Shown in pieces: positions 44,301 to 52,890 of a stretch of DNA of 57,216 bases (position 1 is its first letter; each line of letters starts with the position of its first letter). A program made the translations under genes and the position numbers. Under the pieces are notes generated by a model. It made no database searches. It had not been told where the DNA came from and was given only the letters and a program-made list of their open reading frames with translations. Source of the DNA: an uncultured Streptococcus sp. (GTDB taxonomy: Bacteria; Bacillota; Bacilli; Lactobacillales; Aerococcaceae); NCBI GenBank assembly GCA_963526005.1, contig CAURMP010000001.1, positions 1 through 57,216 on the forward strand, written 5' to 3'.

Positions 44301-45824
44301 AAATTTTTCAAGACCTTTAGTGAAATCATAAAATACTTGCGCATTTGATTTATAATCTCCGATTACCGAACGGAATCCTTCACGATATTTAGTCATGGCT
44401 CCGAATACAAATTCAAAACTGTTTTGGATAGAATTAAAGAGACTCTGTTGTCCTCCCATATCTTTCCATGTTTTTAACAAGGCATTACGATAGTTACCAA
44501 GACTTAAAGTCATTCCCGTAACTGCATCTTCATAAGTTCCTTGGTCATCATTGAAGAATGGGTTTACTACTTCGCCAATCTTGGTCCACATATCTCGAGC
44601 TTCTTCGAATCCGCCCAAGAAATATTCCCAAGTAGTTGCCCATCCAGAACCAATGGATTCTTGAACAGTATCAACCAATTGTCCAAAGGTTTTTACTTTT
44701 TGAGCAGCATCCAACATAGATTGGTTTTCTGCAAACTCATTTAATGTTTTTATTAGGACTTCCGAAGTCAACCATCCATCTTTAAGTGTTTCACGAAAGG
44801 CTTTTGATTTGTCAACGGCAACACCCATATTTTCGGCGGTTTTTAGTAAAGCATCTTGGAATAATTTACCACCCATACCTGCAGCGACAACGGAGTTCCA
44901 GTCTTGAAGTCCTACTCTACCGGCAGCAAGTGCTTGTGATAACTGATACATACCAGTAGATGCTTGTAATGTTGATGATCCAGAAGCAGCCGCTAAATTT
45001 GAAATACCTTTAATGGCAGATACAGATTTGTCTAGACTAACACCTGCAGCAGTAAACGTACCGATGTTTTTAGTCATATCAGCAAATGAATATACTGTTT
45101 TATCGGCATAATCATTCAAATTTTGTAAAGCGGCAGATACACTTTTCATACGAACACTTGAATCTGGTATCTCCCATTCGGTATTCGTCATGATTGTTTG
45201 AATAGATCCAAGTTTATCTTTATACTCGCCAAGACCATCCATAGGACCTCTAAAGAATTGTCCTGTGAAATTCATAGCTTTCTGAATTAAACCACTCAAG
45301 ACATTCCCGACTGCCACATTCATAGCAGTCATAGATCCGCTAACAGAATTAGCCGCCTTCTCAAATGCAGCAGCTAAAGGCGAGGCATCGAATGCTACAA
45401 TTTTATTATTTAGACTATCAATTGATTTGATAGAATTTGGAAATCCTTCGTGATTATCTGCCTTCTGGAAAATACCTTTTAATCGTGACAAGATGTCAGA
45501 GGTACGAGAAGTACGATTCTCGACGTCTGCATTCATCTTATCAATTGCTTGAGCAGCTCCAGACATGTCAATACCTTGGGTGCTCTTTTGGAAAATTCCT
45601 TTAAGGCGAGATAGTAGTCCCTCCGATTTTGTTGTTGATTTTGAAATTGTGTCCAACATCGTTGACATATCAGAGTCAATGTTTTGCGCTGCTGACTTTC
45701 CATTGACAGTATCGAAAGCTTTCTTCAAACGATTCAAAGCATTAATAGTATCTTCTACGTTTTTAGTAAAACCTTTATTGTCTAAGGAGACTCGAGCAAC
45801 TTTTTCGTCTACATATCCGCTCAT
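38370..45824 (-). CDS. Tape measure protein
   Basis: 2484 aa; tape-measure domain (QASTGMYQLSQALAAGRVGLQDWNSV); long hydrophobic and 11-residue-periodic repeats; C-terminal IHSPSRLF. Confidence 0.95.
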   Translation of the reverse strand: MSGYVDEKVARVSLDNKGFTKNVEDTINALNRLKKAFDTVNGKSAAQNIDSDMSTMLDTISKSTTKSEGLLSRLKGIFQKSTQGIDMSGAAQAIDKMNADVENRTSRTSDILSRLKGIFQKADNHEGFPNSIKSIDSLNNKIVAFDASPLAAAFEKAANSVSGSMTAMNVAVGNVLSGLIQKAMNFTGQFFRGPMDGLGEYKDKLGSIQTIMTNTEWEIPDSSVRMKSVSAALQNLNDYADKTVYSFADMTKNIGTFTAAGVSLDKSVSAIKGISNLAAASGSSTLQASTGMYQLSQALAAGRVGLQDWNSVVAAGMGGKLFQDALLKTAENMGVAVDKSKAFRETLKDGWLTSEVLIKTLNEFAENQSMLDAAQKVKTFGQLVDTVQESIGSGWATTWEYFLGGFEEARDMWTKIGEVVNPFFNDDQGTYEDAVTGMTLSLGNYRNALLKTWKDMGGQQSLFNSIQNSFEFVFGAMTKYREGFRSVIGDYKSNAQVFYDFTKGLEKFTEGLKNNTNFMTTMASVGKAVANVFVTIGWALKTLSTGFNSVGQNSDKVILPIKNIADSISKFFEMLRANTNVHVGLIYMGKAIANVFAILASLFKIVTLVLREFFSAFSGGDGSGFKDFAIILFKITEAIRKFVEGLEQGIQSVGLFKAIGHLIASVFTGIFAVISAVFGKILGLNNPFTGLTSILSGAANAISKSGDFINKALTGLANKMGGAWDGIVNAFKSGYDGLKDAFISFDISSIIKAIIGLFALDKWIAFKNSDSTIFNTIFDKVKGAFTKFTGDGKKMVEDAGGVLDTFKQNLNMFSQGVKVWLLLGIAGAVFLLAISIDKLSKIPMKDLSKGIIGMGAAMFGLMKSMKVLGAISKLPKGAIGTMIGFAIAIRLLAGAMMKLAQIPQDQLGPAIASLYGVMLGLVASMKLMDYVGGSKASVIKMIGMAIAVRILVMSVKAIADIDPERLVPAMVSLEALLFGLVGAARVLNNVKISIKAIQSLSVFAFATRVLVASVATLAKFDIEHLIPAVASVVILLASLATAARSLNGVKIKLSALATLITFAIAIRSLVNSVAILANYDIANLAVASGSVTVLLLSLSAATRVIADVKVKLSAMFALITFAGAIYLVVKAVEILANIPVMSLVKAMVGVEALLLSLIAASYIMQKAKPKIGAALGIAALGAAIYLIIRSIEPLANMSIGQIAKGILGMDAIMLSLILVSTLMNRVHLNLAAAGSLVILTGILFQVTMNLSILSKFSWSSLLAAATAMGGVMLAMAFTVKIITGSVDSLSDLVSLKYVFDSFGGVLYAIGTALEQVGKLSWQQMLVAVVGISAVMGALIGVTYAIKKMDIDLETLSGLAVFAGVLYAVGTALSQVAAQPWQGIAAATVAIGVTLGLLVGTSYLLEKFGSFGAAGQLLLLAAGLMAITVPIMLLSTLNLVAVGVAMLALAGNLAILLAAGALAQAVAPGLLILSETLITFGISSILAATSVLIAGVGFLAFVTAIKELAAIAPDALRAVVDGFTAFIKSIADNAPTIVTALVETVKAAIAGLVELVPYLVTAGLQLVIGLMNGIRDNAPQLVTSAVEMLTELSKGLVENLDILLQVAVEVAVQFVQSLANALMGVKDQLIPALSSLLQVIADIILGVIQNLAGPILTKIAEVLGPIMQMIVDFIVQLAPALEPIIKIIGDVLTVLIENLPGILQPIADTIKVLVDGIVAALEILAPVVETIVNGIVEIIKTLAPIVQSVVDTIKAALEVLGQIFQTIGDVIKAAIQGIVDIVNSIGEIIKSVFSGIQGTLEALGGVFESVGAGIKTAMEGVGSVVESVGTAIKTALEGVGKVFESIGNAIKSALDGVANIIKAFGEAAKNAGEGFKLFGEGAKLLSEHGFGAAGGISAIAGAIAGLGGSAWAGNLQGFIQDIENLGNAINNLGGASGNLLILAGGMAQLQGSIGTISGTIPSVNSAFESLSGSLGTISGSIGPVASTFQQLATPIQQLQGSLTIVAGAFMLFTAQIGGVQALLDGIVNSFTNIQNGVTLVGTAIGSLPASFDLFNASLGNVQTTLTNFGTSLTDSATGFGKMGEAATLGMTAMNDAVLNGMVIVQGTMTTSIGQLAQAVTDGFILVQDATTNSMNTVRDVVSQNMDTVMGTIKARMTEVANQMSSSLDQVMRTVSDSMSRVSSTIQSNMSQINSNIQSSTSQLKGTFDQFASNAQNTITQMMSTINSSIQNGMNTAKSTVDSNMNSIMSTISSYNGTAKSNGYNVGWYISDGIASGIWANVGSIESAAQRIINKANEAARAAAQIHSPSRLFAKSVGKYIPQGIVMGIDKEMPKSIQQMQDTFKNGFTAAADDAVKHGNAMAEAVAGAVNQVGDMLDVAVDDMNYTPTITPVIDSSNLDKFKPKDYGLNLGSATRVPTPVYSPGSSSGQTTTVNTDNSTKEYNINVTVDNSGHPINPKELAKQVQEHMKQFDDENRRGRGEEVLW

Positions 45825-45831
45825 AGTTTAC

Positions 45832-46521
45832 CTATACTTTCTTTTTAGATAATTCTTTAAACATCTTCAAAGCATCACTATTAGCTGCATCGATAGCTGC
45901 TGTTTGTGTTTTAGCTTTCTTATTGATGTTCTTAAAGTTGGTAGAAATTTCTTTTAATTTTTGTCCTAGAGATTTTTTATCCTTAAAGCTAGCGGCTTTC
46001 TTAACTTCTTTCTGAGCTTTTCTAGCTGCCTCTGCTTCCATAGCTTCTTTCATTCGACTAGCAAATCGTTCTGTATCTTTTCTATGTGCTTCTTTTACTC
46101 GATCTGTAATTTTCTTACTTGCCTCTTTGATTTTGTTCGTATTATTCACACGAATATCTCTAGTCTTATCTTTCAGCTTTCTACTAGCTTCTCTAATTTT
46201 ATCCATTTTACCTTTTTTCGGTAACATATTCGATTCTCTAATTTGATTCATTGTATCGAGACCGGATTTAACAGCATCAATTTTCTTTTTTGCCATTAAA
46301 TAATTTGCGCCTTTATAACCAGCATAAGCTGCTAAAGCAACTCCACCTACAATCGCAGCTTTTTTCAACTTCCGTTCGACATTTGATCGTCGAACAGCTT
46401 TCTGATATGCAGTGTTTTGGTCGTAACCTTTAGACATATATTTATTTGTCAAATGTGTCACACGATTTCTCTGACCCCACTTCATACCTTTGATTCCAAA
46501 GTGTTGTATGGTATCATTCAT
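45832..46521 (-). CDS. Basic HxGxxGMxWG-tag protein with one hydrophobic segment
   Basis: DTIQHFGIKGMKWG; AAIVGGVALAAYAGY; very K-rich. Confidence 0.8.
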   Translation of the reverse strand: MNDTIQHFGIKGMKWGQRNRVTHLTNKYMSKGYDQNTAYQKAVRRSNVERKLKKAAIVGGVALAAYAGYKGANYLMAKKKIDAVKSGLDTMNQIRESNMLPKKGKMDKIREASRKLKDKTRDIRVNNTNKIKEASKKITDRVKEAHRKDTERFASRMKEAMEAEAARKAQKEVKKAASFKDKKSLGQKLKEISTNFKNINKKAKTQTAAIDAANSDALKMFKELSKKKV

Positions 46522-46880
46522 AGAATATACTCCTTCAATATTTTATCGATAGTAGCTTTATAGACTTTATCGATTGTAGTATCAATATATGGTTGCGGAG
46601 GAACATATCCTCCCGTACCAGTACCGTGTCCATAGTGAATAATAATAGCAATATTAACATTATCATTCACATTAGTATTTATAATTTCTAGTTCTTCCCC
46701 ACGACTGGTATGTTTAATAACATAGTCCCAACTATCTGCAGTTTCACCAGAATCTTTTGGAGTAGCTGCTTTTAGAGCAGCAACTATTTTCTGACCAAGA
46801 GGATCTAAAGAACTCTTACGATTCTTCTTAAGAAATTTTTCAAGATCATCAAAAGATCCTTTATTATCAAAAGAAAACAT
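46518..46880 (-). CDS. HK97 gp10-like tail completion protein
   Basis: TPKDSGETADSW...YGHGT...PQPYI. Confidence 0.75.
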   Translation of the reverse strand: MFSFDNKGSFDDLEKFLKKNRKSSLDPLGQKIVAALKAATPKDSGETADSWDYVIKHTSRGEELEIINTNVNDNVNIAIIIHYGHGTGTGGYVPPQPYIDTTIDKVYKATIDKILKEYIL

Positions 46881-46883
46881 ACA

Positions 46884-47303
46884 TTACCCCTCTTTCAAGT
46901 CTTGTTTACGTTTATCTTTTAAATATTGTTTGTATTCTCTGTAAGAGTCTTTTAGATCTCTTCGCTCTTGTTTGTATTCTCTTTTTGCCCCGTATCGACC
47001 AGTTAACTTATCCAACGCAAATGATCCTGCTACTCCAGATACACCATATTTTAACATATCGGCATTACGTCCTGCCACACCAAGAGCTAAAGCAGCAATG
47101 GCAGATTTTTTAAGAGCTCGACTATATAATTCCGGTCGATTTTGTTTATATTTGATTTTAGCATTACGTAATTTACGTTTATACGTATGATGCCCTTTTA
47201 CTCGATCAACTAAATATCGTGATCGTACTCCCCATTTCATACCTTTGATTCCGAAATGTTGGATAGTATCAATAGAGGATGTAGCAATATATTTATCACT
47301 CAA
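46884..47303 (-). CDS. Basic HxGxxGMxWG-tag protein
   Basis: DTIQHFGIKGMKWG; K/R-rich with a central hydrophobic stretch. Confidence 0.8.
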   Translation of the reverse strand: MSDKYIATSSIDTIQHFGIKGMKWGVRSRYLVDRVKGHHTYKRKLRNAKIKYKQNRPELYSRALKKSAIAALALGVAGRNADMLKYGVSGVAGSFALDKLTGRYGAKREYKQERRDLKDSYREYKQYLKDKRKQDLKEG

Positions 47304-47866
47304 TCAAGTTTCCTCCTCTGTTCTTCTTGACGTCTACGTTCCATGATGACACGACGATGTTCTTCCATAGCTTCCGCTCGAGTCATCTTCTTAGGCGGTT
47401 CTTGTAGCGAGCCAACACAATTTAATAACATAATGAGCTTATTCAAATTTCTATCTTCCCATGAAAACGGAATATGATTCAATGCCATATGAGCATAAAT
47501 TATCTCAGATGTAAATATCTTCTTTCTACTATATCCAGCTGCGGCAGAACCTTGTGATTTTGGTAATGTTGTAGCGGATGGTGTATGCTGTAGATATGCA
47601 ACGATAGCGTTATAATTTTCCTGTGATAATTTTGTAACGTCTATGTCTTGATCGCAGATACATTGGATAAAATCTAATATGTCCTCAGGGGTAATATTGT
47701 CAATATTATCTATGAAACGTTTTTCATGTTTCGTTTCCCACTTGTCAAGATTTTTAAGCGTGTATCTAAATGTCACTTCTTGACCCGGTTCAATAATAAA
47801 TTCCTGTTTATCATCATCCCATAACTCAACATCATCAATTCTCAATGTCAAAAACTCTGACGCCAT
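47300..47866 (-). CDS. Putative tail assembly chaperone 2
   Basis: Lies between the major tail and tape measure genes; KWETKHEKRF, TSEIIY...IPF, LNKLIML motifs. Confidence 0.65.
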   Translation of the reverse strand: MASEFLTLRIDDVELWDDDKQEFIIEPGQEVTFRYTLKNLDKWETKHEKRFIDNIDNITPEDILDFIQCICDQDIDVTKLSQENYNAIVAYLQHTPSATTLPKSQGSAAAGYSRKKIFTSEIIYAHMALNHIPFSWEDRNLNKLIMLLNCVGSLQEPPKKMTRAEAMEEHRRVIMERRRQEEQRRKLD

Positions 47867-47889
47867 AATATTCACACCTCAAAAAATTT

Positions 47890-47922
47890 AAAAATAAAGG
47901 AGGCGTGCATTGTATACACGCC
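47890..47922 (-). terminator. Hairpin/terminator after tail chaperone 1
   Basis: GGCGTGTAT-ACA-ATGCACGCC followed by TCCTTTATTTTT. Confidence 0.7.
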
Positions 47923-47930
47923 AACCCTTA

Positions 47931-48338
47931 TTAAGCTGGAGCAGAGACAGCGTTCTCTGCTTTGTTCAAACCACGGATATGTGAAGTAATTCCTGTAACG
48001 AAATTTTCTAACACTTTACGAGTTTCATCGTGGAAGTCTTCGATCAATGCTTCATAAGCAAGTGATTGTACGAACTCTTCACGAATTTGTTCATTCTTAA
48101 TGAAGCGTTTACCGTCTTCAGAACGAACACCATAAGCAGTTAGGACAATATCATTAAGCAATTCATACATCTTTTCAAGATTCTTATCTTCGATAAGTTT
48201 CTCGATGTATTTCGCCATATCTTCTTTTCCGTAACGACCTTGCAATGCTACAAGTTCCATACGGCTAAGATTGAAATATAGAGTTTCGTCCTGGATGTTT
48301 CCATCGAAATCTTCATACTTTACTTTTTGTTTTAACAT
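47931..48338 (-). CDS. Putative tail assembly chaperone 1
   Basis: MLKQKVKYEDFDG...YFNLS...AYGVRSEDGKRFIK; follows the major tail gene. Confidence 0.7.
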   Translation of the reverse strand: MLKQKVKYEDFDGNIQDETLYFNLSRMELVALQGRYGKEDMAKYIEKLIEDKNLEKMYELLNDIVLTAYGVRSEDGKRFIKNEQIREEFVQSLAYEALIEDFHDETRKVLENFVTGITSHIRGLNKAENAVSAPA

Positions 48339-48363
48339 TTGTGAATACCCCTTTAATTAATAA

Positions 48364-49014
48364 TTATGCCAACATCGCAATAATTTGTTGTGGCGTTGGA
48401 AGATACGCATCACGTGATTCTGTTCCGTAAATAGCTTCTTCAATTTTAGCCAATTTAGCAGCATCAACTTCTGTGGATGTAATGGTTAATACAGAAGCTG
48501 GTTTCTTACCAGGAATTGGAACAGGTGTTGAAGTAACACTCCATGATGGGTTTTGTGGCTCTGGACTATCATTGACAGTCGCATGTGAGCGCTCAGATGG
48601 AGCAGCTTTACATCCGTACCACAAGTGAAGTTTGTAACCGTATTCATTACCTTTAACGTCGTTACCAAGAATTGATTTGAACGCAAAACCAAATGCTTTA
48701 CGGTTTTGTTGATGTGCTGTAACACCTTTAGCAATTGTAGCCATACCATCACATTCATCAAACTCTTTTGGAGAACTGAATGCTTCGATAGTACCTTCAA
48801 ATTTCTCAGCACCAGTAAGTGACAAGTATTTAATGTTGTCAGCATATTGGTCATTTGATTCTGCACCTGATGGAGATTCATTCGCTGCAGTGATACCATT
48901 CCAAGCTACCCCACGAGGATATGATCCATCGTCTGCTTGTACAAATAGAACCGCATTAGAGACACCAGTCTCATAAAAGCGTTTTCCAAGTTCGTCAAAT
49001 ACTAATTTAGCCAT
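48364..49014 (-). CDS. Major tail protein
   Basis: GVAWNG...ESPSG...YADNIKY motif; 216 aa; position in the tail module. Confidence 0.9.
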   Translation of the reverse strand: MAKLVFDELGKRFYETGVSNAVLFVQADDGSYPRGVAWNGITAANESPSGAESNDQYADNIKYLSLTGAEKFEGTIEAFSSPKEFDECDGMATIAKGVTAHQQNRKAFGFAFKSILGNDVKGNEYGYKLHLWYGCKAAPSERSHATVNDSPEPQNPSWSVTSTPVPIPGKKPASVLTITSTEVDAAKLAKIEEAIYGTESRDAYLPTPQQIIAMLA

Positions 49015-49342
49015 TTGATAAGCCTCCCGTATTAATTGTTAGTAATGTGTGATTCATATTATCACTAATGAATTCACTATTGTAATAGCAGTATTGCTCT
49101 TCGATTAGAGCTTCAACCACTGGCGATTCGACACGCTTATCAATCACAGTAATTTGATACTCTTCATGAGTATGATATCTAAGATTATCAGCATGTCTTT
49201 GACGAATTGCTTTTCTCCTGTAAATAATACAAGGATATGTCAACGTCGTCTTTCCTGTGGGATTGTAGTAGAGACTATAGCTCTCGCCCGTTTTCGCTAT
49301 TGCTTTCTGAATGCAATCCCGGATAAGCATTCTCTTGCTCAT
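49007..49342 (-). CDS. Tail terminator-like protein
   Basis: LYYNP...YPCIIY...YQITVID. Confidence 0.7.
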   Translation of the reverse strand: MSKRMLIRDCIQKAIAKTGESYSLYYNPTGKTTLTYPCIIYRRKAIRQRHADNLRYHTHEEYQITVIDKRVESPVVEALIEEQYCYYNSEFISDNMNHTLLTINTGGLSNG

Positions 49343-49652
49343 TATAGACTCCTCCTAGATCCACAAAAATTCTAGGCGCTTTTATGTTGTATGAAACAAC
49401 TTTCCATTTCACGCCTTGAAATTTAACATAAAGCAGATTTGCAATATGTTTCATAAGAAATTGATTGGCAACGATAGAAAGCTGGTTGGTAATTGTGATG
49501 TTGTCTATTGTAGATTTGTCGCCATTTTGACGACCGTATCTATTCTGAACGACATCACCCTTGATAATCTTAGATACCAATTTGGGTTCATAGACATCAG
49601 GTTCTACCTCGACATCTTTCAATCGAAAACCAGCTTCACCGCTGAACTTCAT
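49275..49652 (-). CDS. Head-to-tail stopper/closure protein
   Basis: EVEPDVY...NQLSIVA...YVKFQGVKWKV; follows the capsid gene. Confidence 0.7.
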   Translation of the reverse strand: MKFSGEAGFRLKDVEVEPDVYEPKLVSKIIKGDVVQNRYGRQNGDKSTIDNITITNQLSIVANQFLMKHIANLLYVKFQGVKWKVVSYNIKAPRIFVDLGGVYNEQENAYPGLHSESNSENGREL

Positions 49653-49654
49653 TC

Positions 49655-51538
49655 TTATCCTCCAGGAACTCCTGTACGAGCAGCTTCAGATCCAGCTGCA
49701 GCACCAGCTGCTGGTTTGAAGTAAACTGCCGCTTTAGCACGAGTAAGGGCACCAGACAAGCGAGTTTCGATCAAGTATTTCTGTTTGTTGTAGTCAATAT
49801 CGAAGTGTTCGAATGTGTTCACTTCACCACCACGGTTAGTACCGATTTGGTAGTCAGCAAGGTTGACCATAATCAATTCTTCAGGTTTCAAAAAGTTTGT
49901 TTCAACGATTTCAGCCACACCGAACAATGAAGCAAGATATTCTTTAGTTGCGGGTTGTTGGCCACCAAATACCCATTGTTCATTCTTGTTACGCAAGAAG
50001 CGAAGTTTTGTCAAGAATAGCGGGTTGATGTACAATGATGGCATACCTGATCCAAGCATCTTAGTCTTTTGTTCAGCGACTGTTTGGAAGATATCCAATA
50101 GCATGTTTGGATTGTAAGTTGCTTTGATTGTGTAGAAGTCATCATCTTTTGTGATTGGACGAATACGATCTTCTTTAATTTTGTTTGCGTCACCTGTTTG
50201 ACGACCATCTGACACCAAGATTGCTTGCGCAATTTCATCATTCAGTTTGATACGCATTTCTTGGTTGAAGAACGCAGCAACATTCAATTGTTGACCAATA
50301 TCGATAGCATCGTCACGGTCAATAGATTGTTTTTTATAGATCGTTTGAGGATCTGTTTTACGAGAAAGGAATGAGAGAATTTGTTCTTTCTTCTCAGTTC
50401 CTTTGATGTAACCTTTAGCGCGAAGTTGTTCATCAGTCAAGTCAGAAAGGTCTGTCATGATTGATTTAACAAACGCAGTAGGAACTTTAGTTACGCGGCT
50501 AAGAATATGTTCTGTAGCAGTGTTAGGTGAGTAAATTACTTGAACACCATTTTGCAGTTGGTGATCAGGGAACAACAATTCAATATTGTTCATTGAGTGT
50601 TGAAGAACGTCACCATTTTCCATTTCAGCAAGTACTTGACCTACTTTACGGCCTGATTTCTGAGCGGCTTCAAGAGCAGCCGTCAATGAATGACGGATTT
50701 CTTCATCACGATTAGGTGCAGATTGTTCGAATGCATTGTAGTGCATAGTTTGTCCTCCTAGGGCAGATTGTTCAATGTTGTTATCTGAATCGGTATCAGA
50801 ATCGACTTCTTCGTCATCAGATTCAGCAAGTTCATTAAGAACTTCAGTTACACGTGCATCAACAGCTTCATCAAACTGTTCATTCACAGTTTGTTCCATG
50901 TTTTCAAGGGCTTCATTTACAGAAGCTTCTGTAAGAATAGCAACGGCTTCTTGTTGGTCTTCGTTAAGAGTCGCCAATACACCGTCCATAATGTCTGCTG
51001 CTTGATCATCATCTGCGTGTTGAATGCGGTCAAACAAACTTACTCGCTCTTGTCCAATCAAGACATCATTTGCAGAATGTAAAAGTTGATCACTTTCCAT
51101 AATGATTCTTTCTCCTTCATCGGGATTATCCGAGTGCGTTAGCACTTCAGTAATAACAGCTCCCGGATTAGCTCCGGCAACTACAAGTGATACTTCATAG
51201 ATGTTACCATGGATTACGTCATTATTCGGAGTACGCTTAATACGGTTAGCTCCAATCGACATATGCCAGATATCTCTATGCTGTACAAGTTCTTTGGCAT
51301 TTTGGGCATTTGGTGTATTATTGAAATAACCTTGTCCATAAACGCCATCCTCCGCATGGTGCAACAACACATGACCAATGATATTTTCAGGCGTGCTTGG
51401 GTCATGAGACCAAACAAGCGGAACCTTCTTTCCATCATTCTCACGGAATGCTCCATGACGGATCACGACACCATCGGTACACCGCATGTCGTTACGGGTT
51501 ACATAACCCGCGAAATCATACTTGGGATGTTTATCCAT
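49655..51538 (-). CDS. Prohead protease / scaffold / major capsid protein fusion
   Basis: HK97-type protease (VPLVWSH, MSIGA, EVSLVVAGANPGA); acidic linker; capsid domain (FDIDYNKQKYLIETRLSGAL); start MDKH after GGAGG. Confidence 0.9.
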   Translation of the reverse strand: MDKHPKYDFAGYVTRNDMRCTDGVVIRHGAFRENDGKKVPLVWSHDPSTPENIIGHVLLHHAEDGVYGQGYFNNTPNAQNAKELVQHRDIWHMSIGANRIKRTPNNDVIHGNIYEVSLVVAGANPGAVITEVLTHSDNPDEGERIIMESDQLLHSANDVLIGQERVSLFDRIQHADDDQAADIMDGVLATLNEDQQEAVAILTEASVNEALENMEQTVNEQFDEAVDARVTEVLNELAESDDEEVDSDTDSDNNIEQSALGGQTMHYNAFEQSAPNRDEEIRHSLTAALEAAQKSGRKVGQVLAEMENGDVLQHSMNNIELLFPDHQLQNGVQVIYSPNTATEHILSRVTKVPTAFVKSIMTDLSDLTDEQLRAKGYIKGTEKKEQILSFLSRKTDPQTIYKKQSIDRDDAIDIGQQLNVAAFFNQEMRIKLNDEIAQAILVSDGRQTGDANKIKEDRIRPITKDDDFYTIKATYNPNMLLDIFQTVAEQKTKMLGSGMPSLYINPLFLTKLRFLRNKNEQWVFGGQQPATKEYLASLFGVAEIVETNFLKPEELIMVNLADYQIGTNRGGEVNTFEHFDIDYNKQKYLIETRLSGALTRAKAAVYFKPAAGAAAGSEAARTGVPGG

Positions 51539-51558
51539 TATACGATTTACCTCCATCA

Positions 51559-52872
51559 TTATTTGCCGCCATTTTGAAGATCCTCTTCACTGTACTGAGG
51601 TACTTCCTCATAGTACTGTTGACCATCAGGGGACTCGACCGACCCAGGTATAGACACATCTTGTCTAGAATCCGAAATATTAGGATTATACAATTGATCT
51701 GCCATTGGATCATCCATAGGACCATAACCAATGACTGCACGGAATTCATTAGAAGTAAGGATTCTATTTCTAAGAAGAGAATCTCCAATTGTTGCCAACT
51801 GACTAGTTGGAACCAACTTGAATGGATCACTGTATGTCACGATGCGATGACCTTGGGTATAGCCAGTCTTCGTGATAAATTTTCTTTGAAATTCTTCTTG
51901 AATTCTAGTCACAATCGGATCGATTGTTCGCGTATAATAGTTTTGCATCTGTTCAGCAGTGGCAGTACCATCAAATACAGCTTTTGTCAAACCGATCTGA
52001 CTAAGCAATTCTTCAGTCAAATATTTAATCTCATCCATAAGATTAGAATTGATTTGTCGATTCAACTGAGTAATCTTTTCATCTGCTGCAATATATGCAA
52101 TCCCTAAATTGGAATCCTGCAATTGTTTCTCAATATCTTTGACGCGTCCGTCGGCTTCTTGTTTCTTAATATCATTTCGGACCGGAACTGGCAATTGGAG
52201 AATCATGTTCCATTTGTTTGCTACAGAATCCAAATCTTGTTTATCAAGAATTGATAATTTCTGAATTAAACGATTCATGGTAGGGTTGTCCGTTCCTAGA
52301 ATATTAGCCAATGGGTTCTCAATGATCGCACACATTCGTTTAGGGATAATAATCTCTGAGAAATCACCCTTGTTTTCGTTGTATACTTTCACTCGAACTT
52401 TTGTAGGAAACCATTCGATGACCTTACCAACTCGCATTGCTTTGATATCATACGAGTCAGAATGCATAGGGTCAACAGTTGCCTCAAGTGGAACTGCCAC
52501 AACGACACCTTCATCAAATAAAGAATAAACCAAATCATGGAAGAAGTCTGTGCTAGACTGATCCGTATTCATCTCCACTTCAAACAATCGTTGAAGCGCC
52601 GAGTTATATTGAACCTCTTGGTTCTGTTTATCGGCAGCTAATTTGACGTGTTGAAATTTAACCATAGATGCATCCATAGCAATTCGGTTAAAGATCATGG
52701 ATGAAATTGATGATCTGGCATATGATCTTGACGGAATAGCATTATTTGGATTTAATGCTCTTGGCTCCGTTGTAAGTTGATATTGAGTTTGTGTTTCTAC
52801 CAATGATGGTTTATTAGTATCGTTGGTAAACATTGACCAAGCATGTTGTAGTCCATCAGTAAAAATACTCAT
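51559..52872 (-). CDS. Portal protein
   Basis: 437 aa after the terminase; SMIFNRIAMD, YYTRTIDP and ILTSNEFR motifs. Confidence 0.9.
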   Translation of the reverse strand: MSIFTDGLQHAWSMFTNDTNKPSLVETQTQYQLTTEPRALNPNNAIPSRSYARSSISSMIFNRIAMDASMVKFQHVKLAADKQNQEVQYNSALQRLFEVEMNTDQSSTDFFHDLVYSLFDEGVVVAVPLEATVDPMHSDSYDIKAMRVGKVIEWFPTKVRVKVYNENKGDFSEIIIPKRMCAIIENPLANILGTDNPTMNRLIQKLSILDKQDLDSVANKWNMILQLPVPVRNDIKKQEADGRVKDIEKQLQDSNLGIAYIAADEKITQLNRQINSNLMDEIKYLTEELLSQIGLTKAVFDGTATAEQMQNYYTRTIDPIVTRIQEEFQRKFITKTGYTQGHRIVTYSDPFKLVPTSQLATIGDSLLRNRILTSNEFRAVIGYGPMDDPMADQLYNPNISDSRQDVSIPGSVESPDGQQYYEEVPQYSEEDLQNGGK

Positions 52873-52890
52873 ATACTCATACTGGCCTTT

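Noticed and set aside
47300..48338. Programmed frameshift between the tail chaperones
   Set aside because: No obvious slippery heptamer before the stop; the genes are separated by a hairpin and the second has its own SD.
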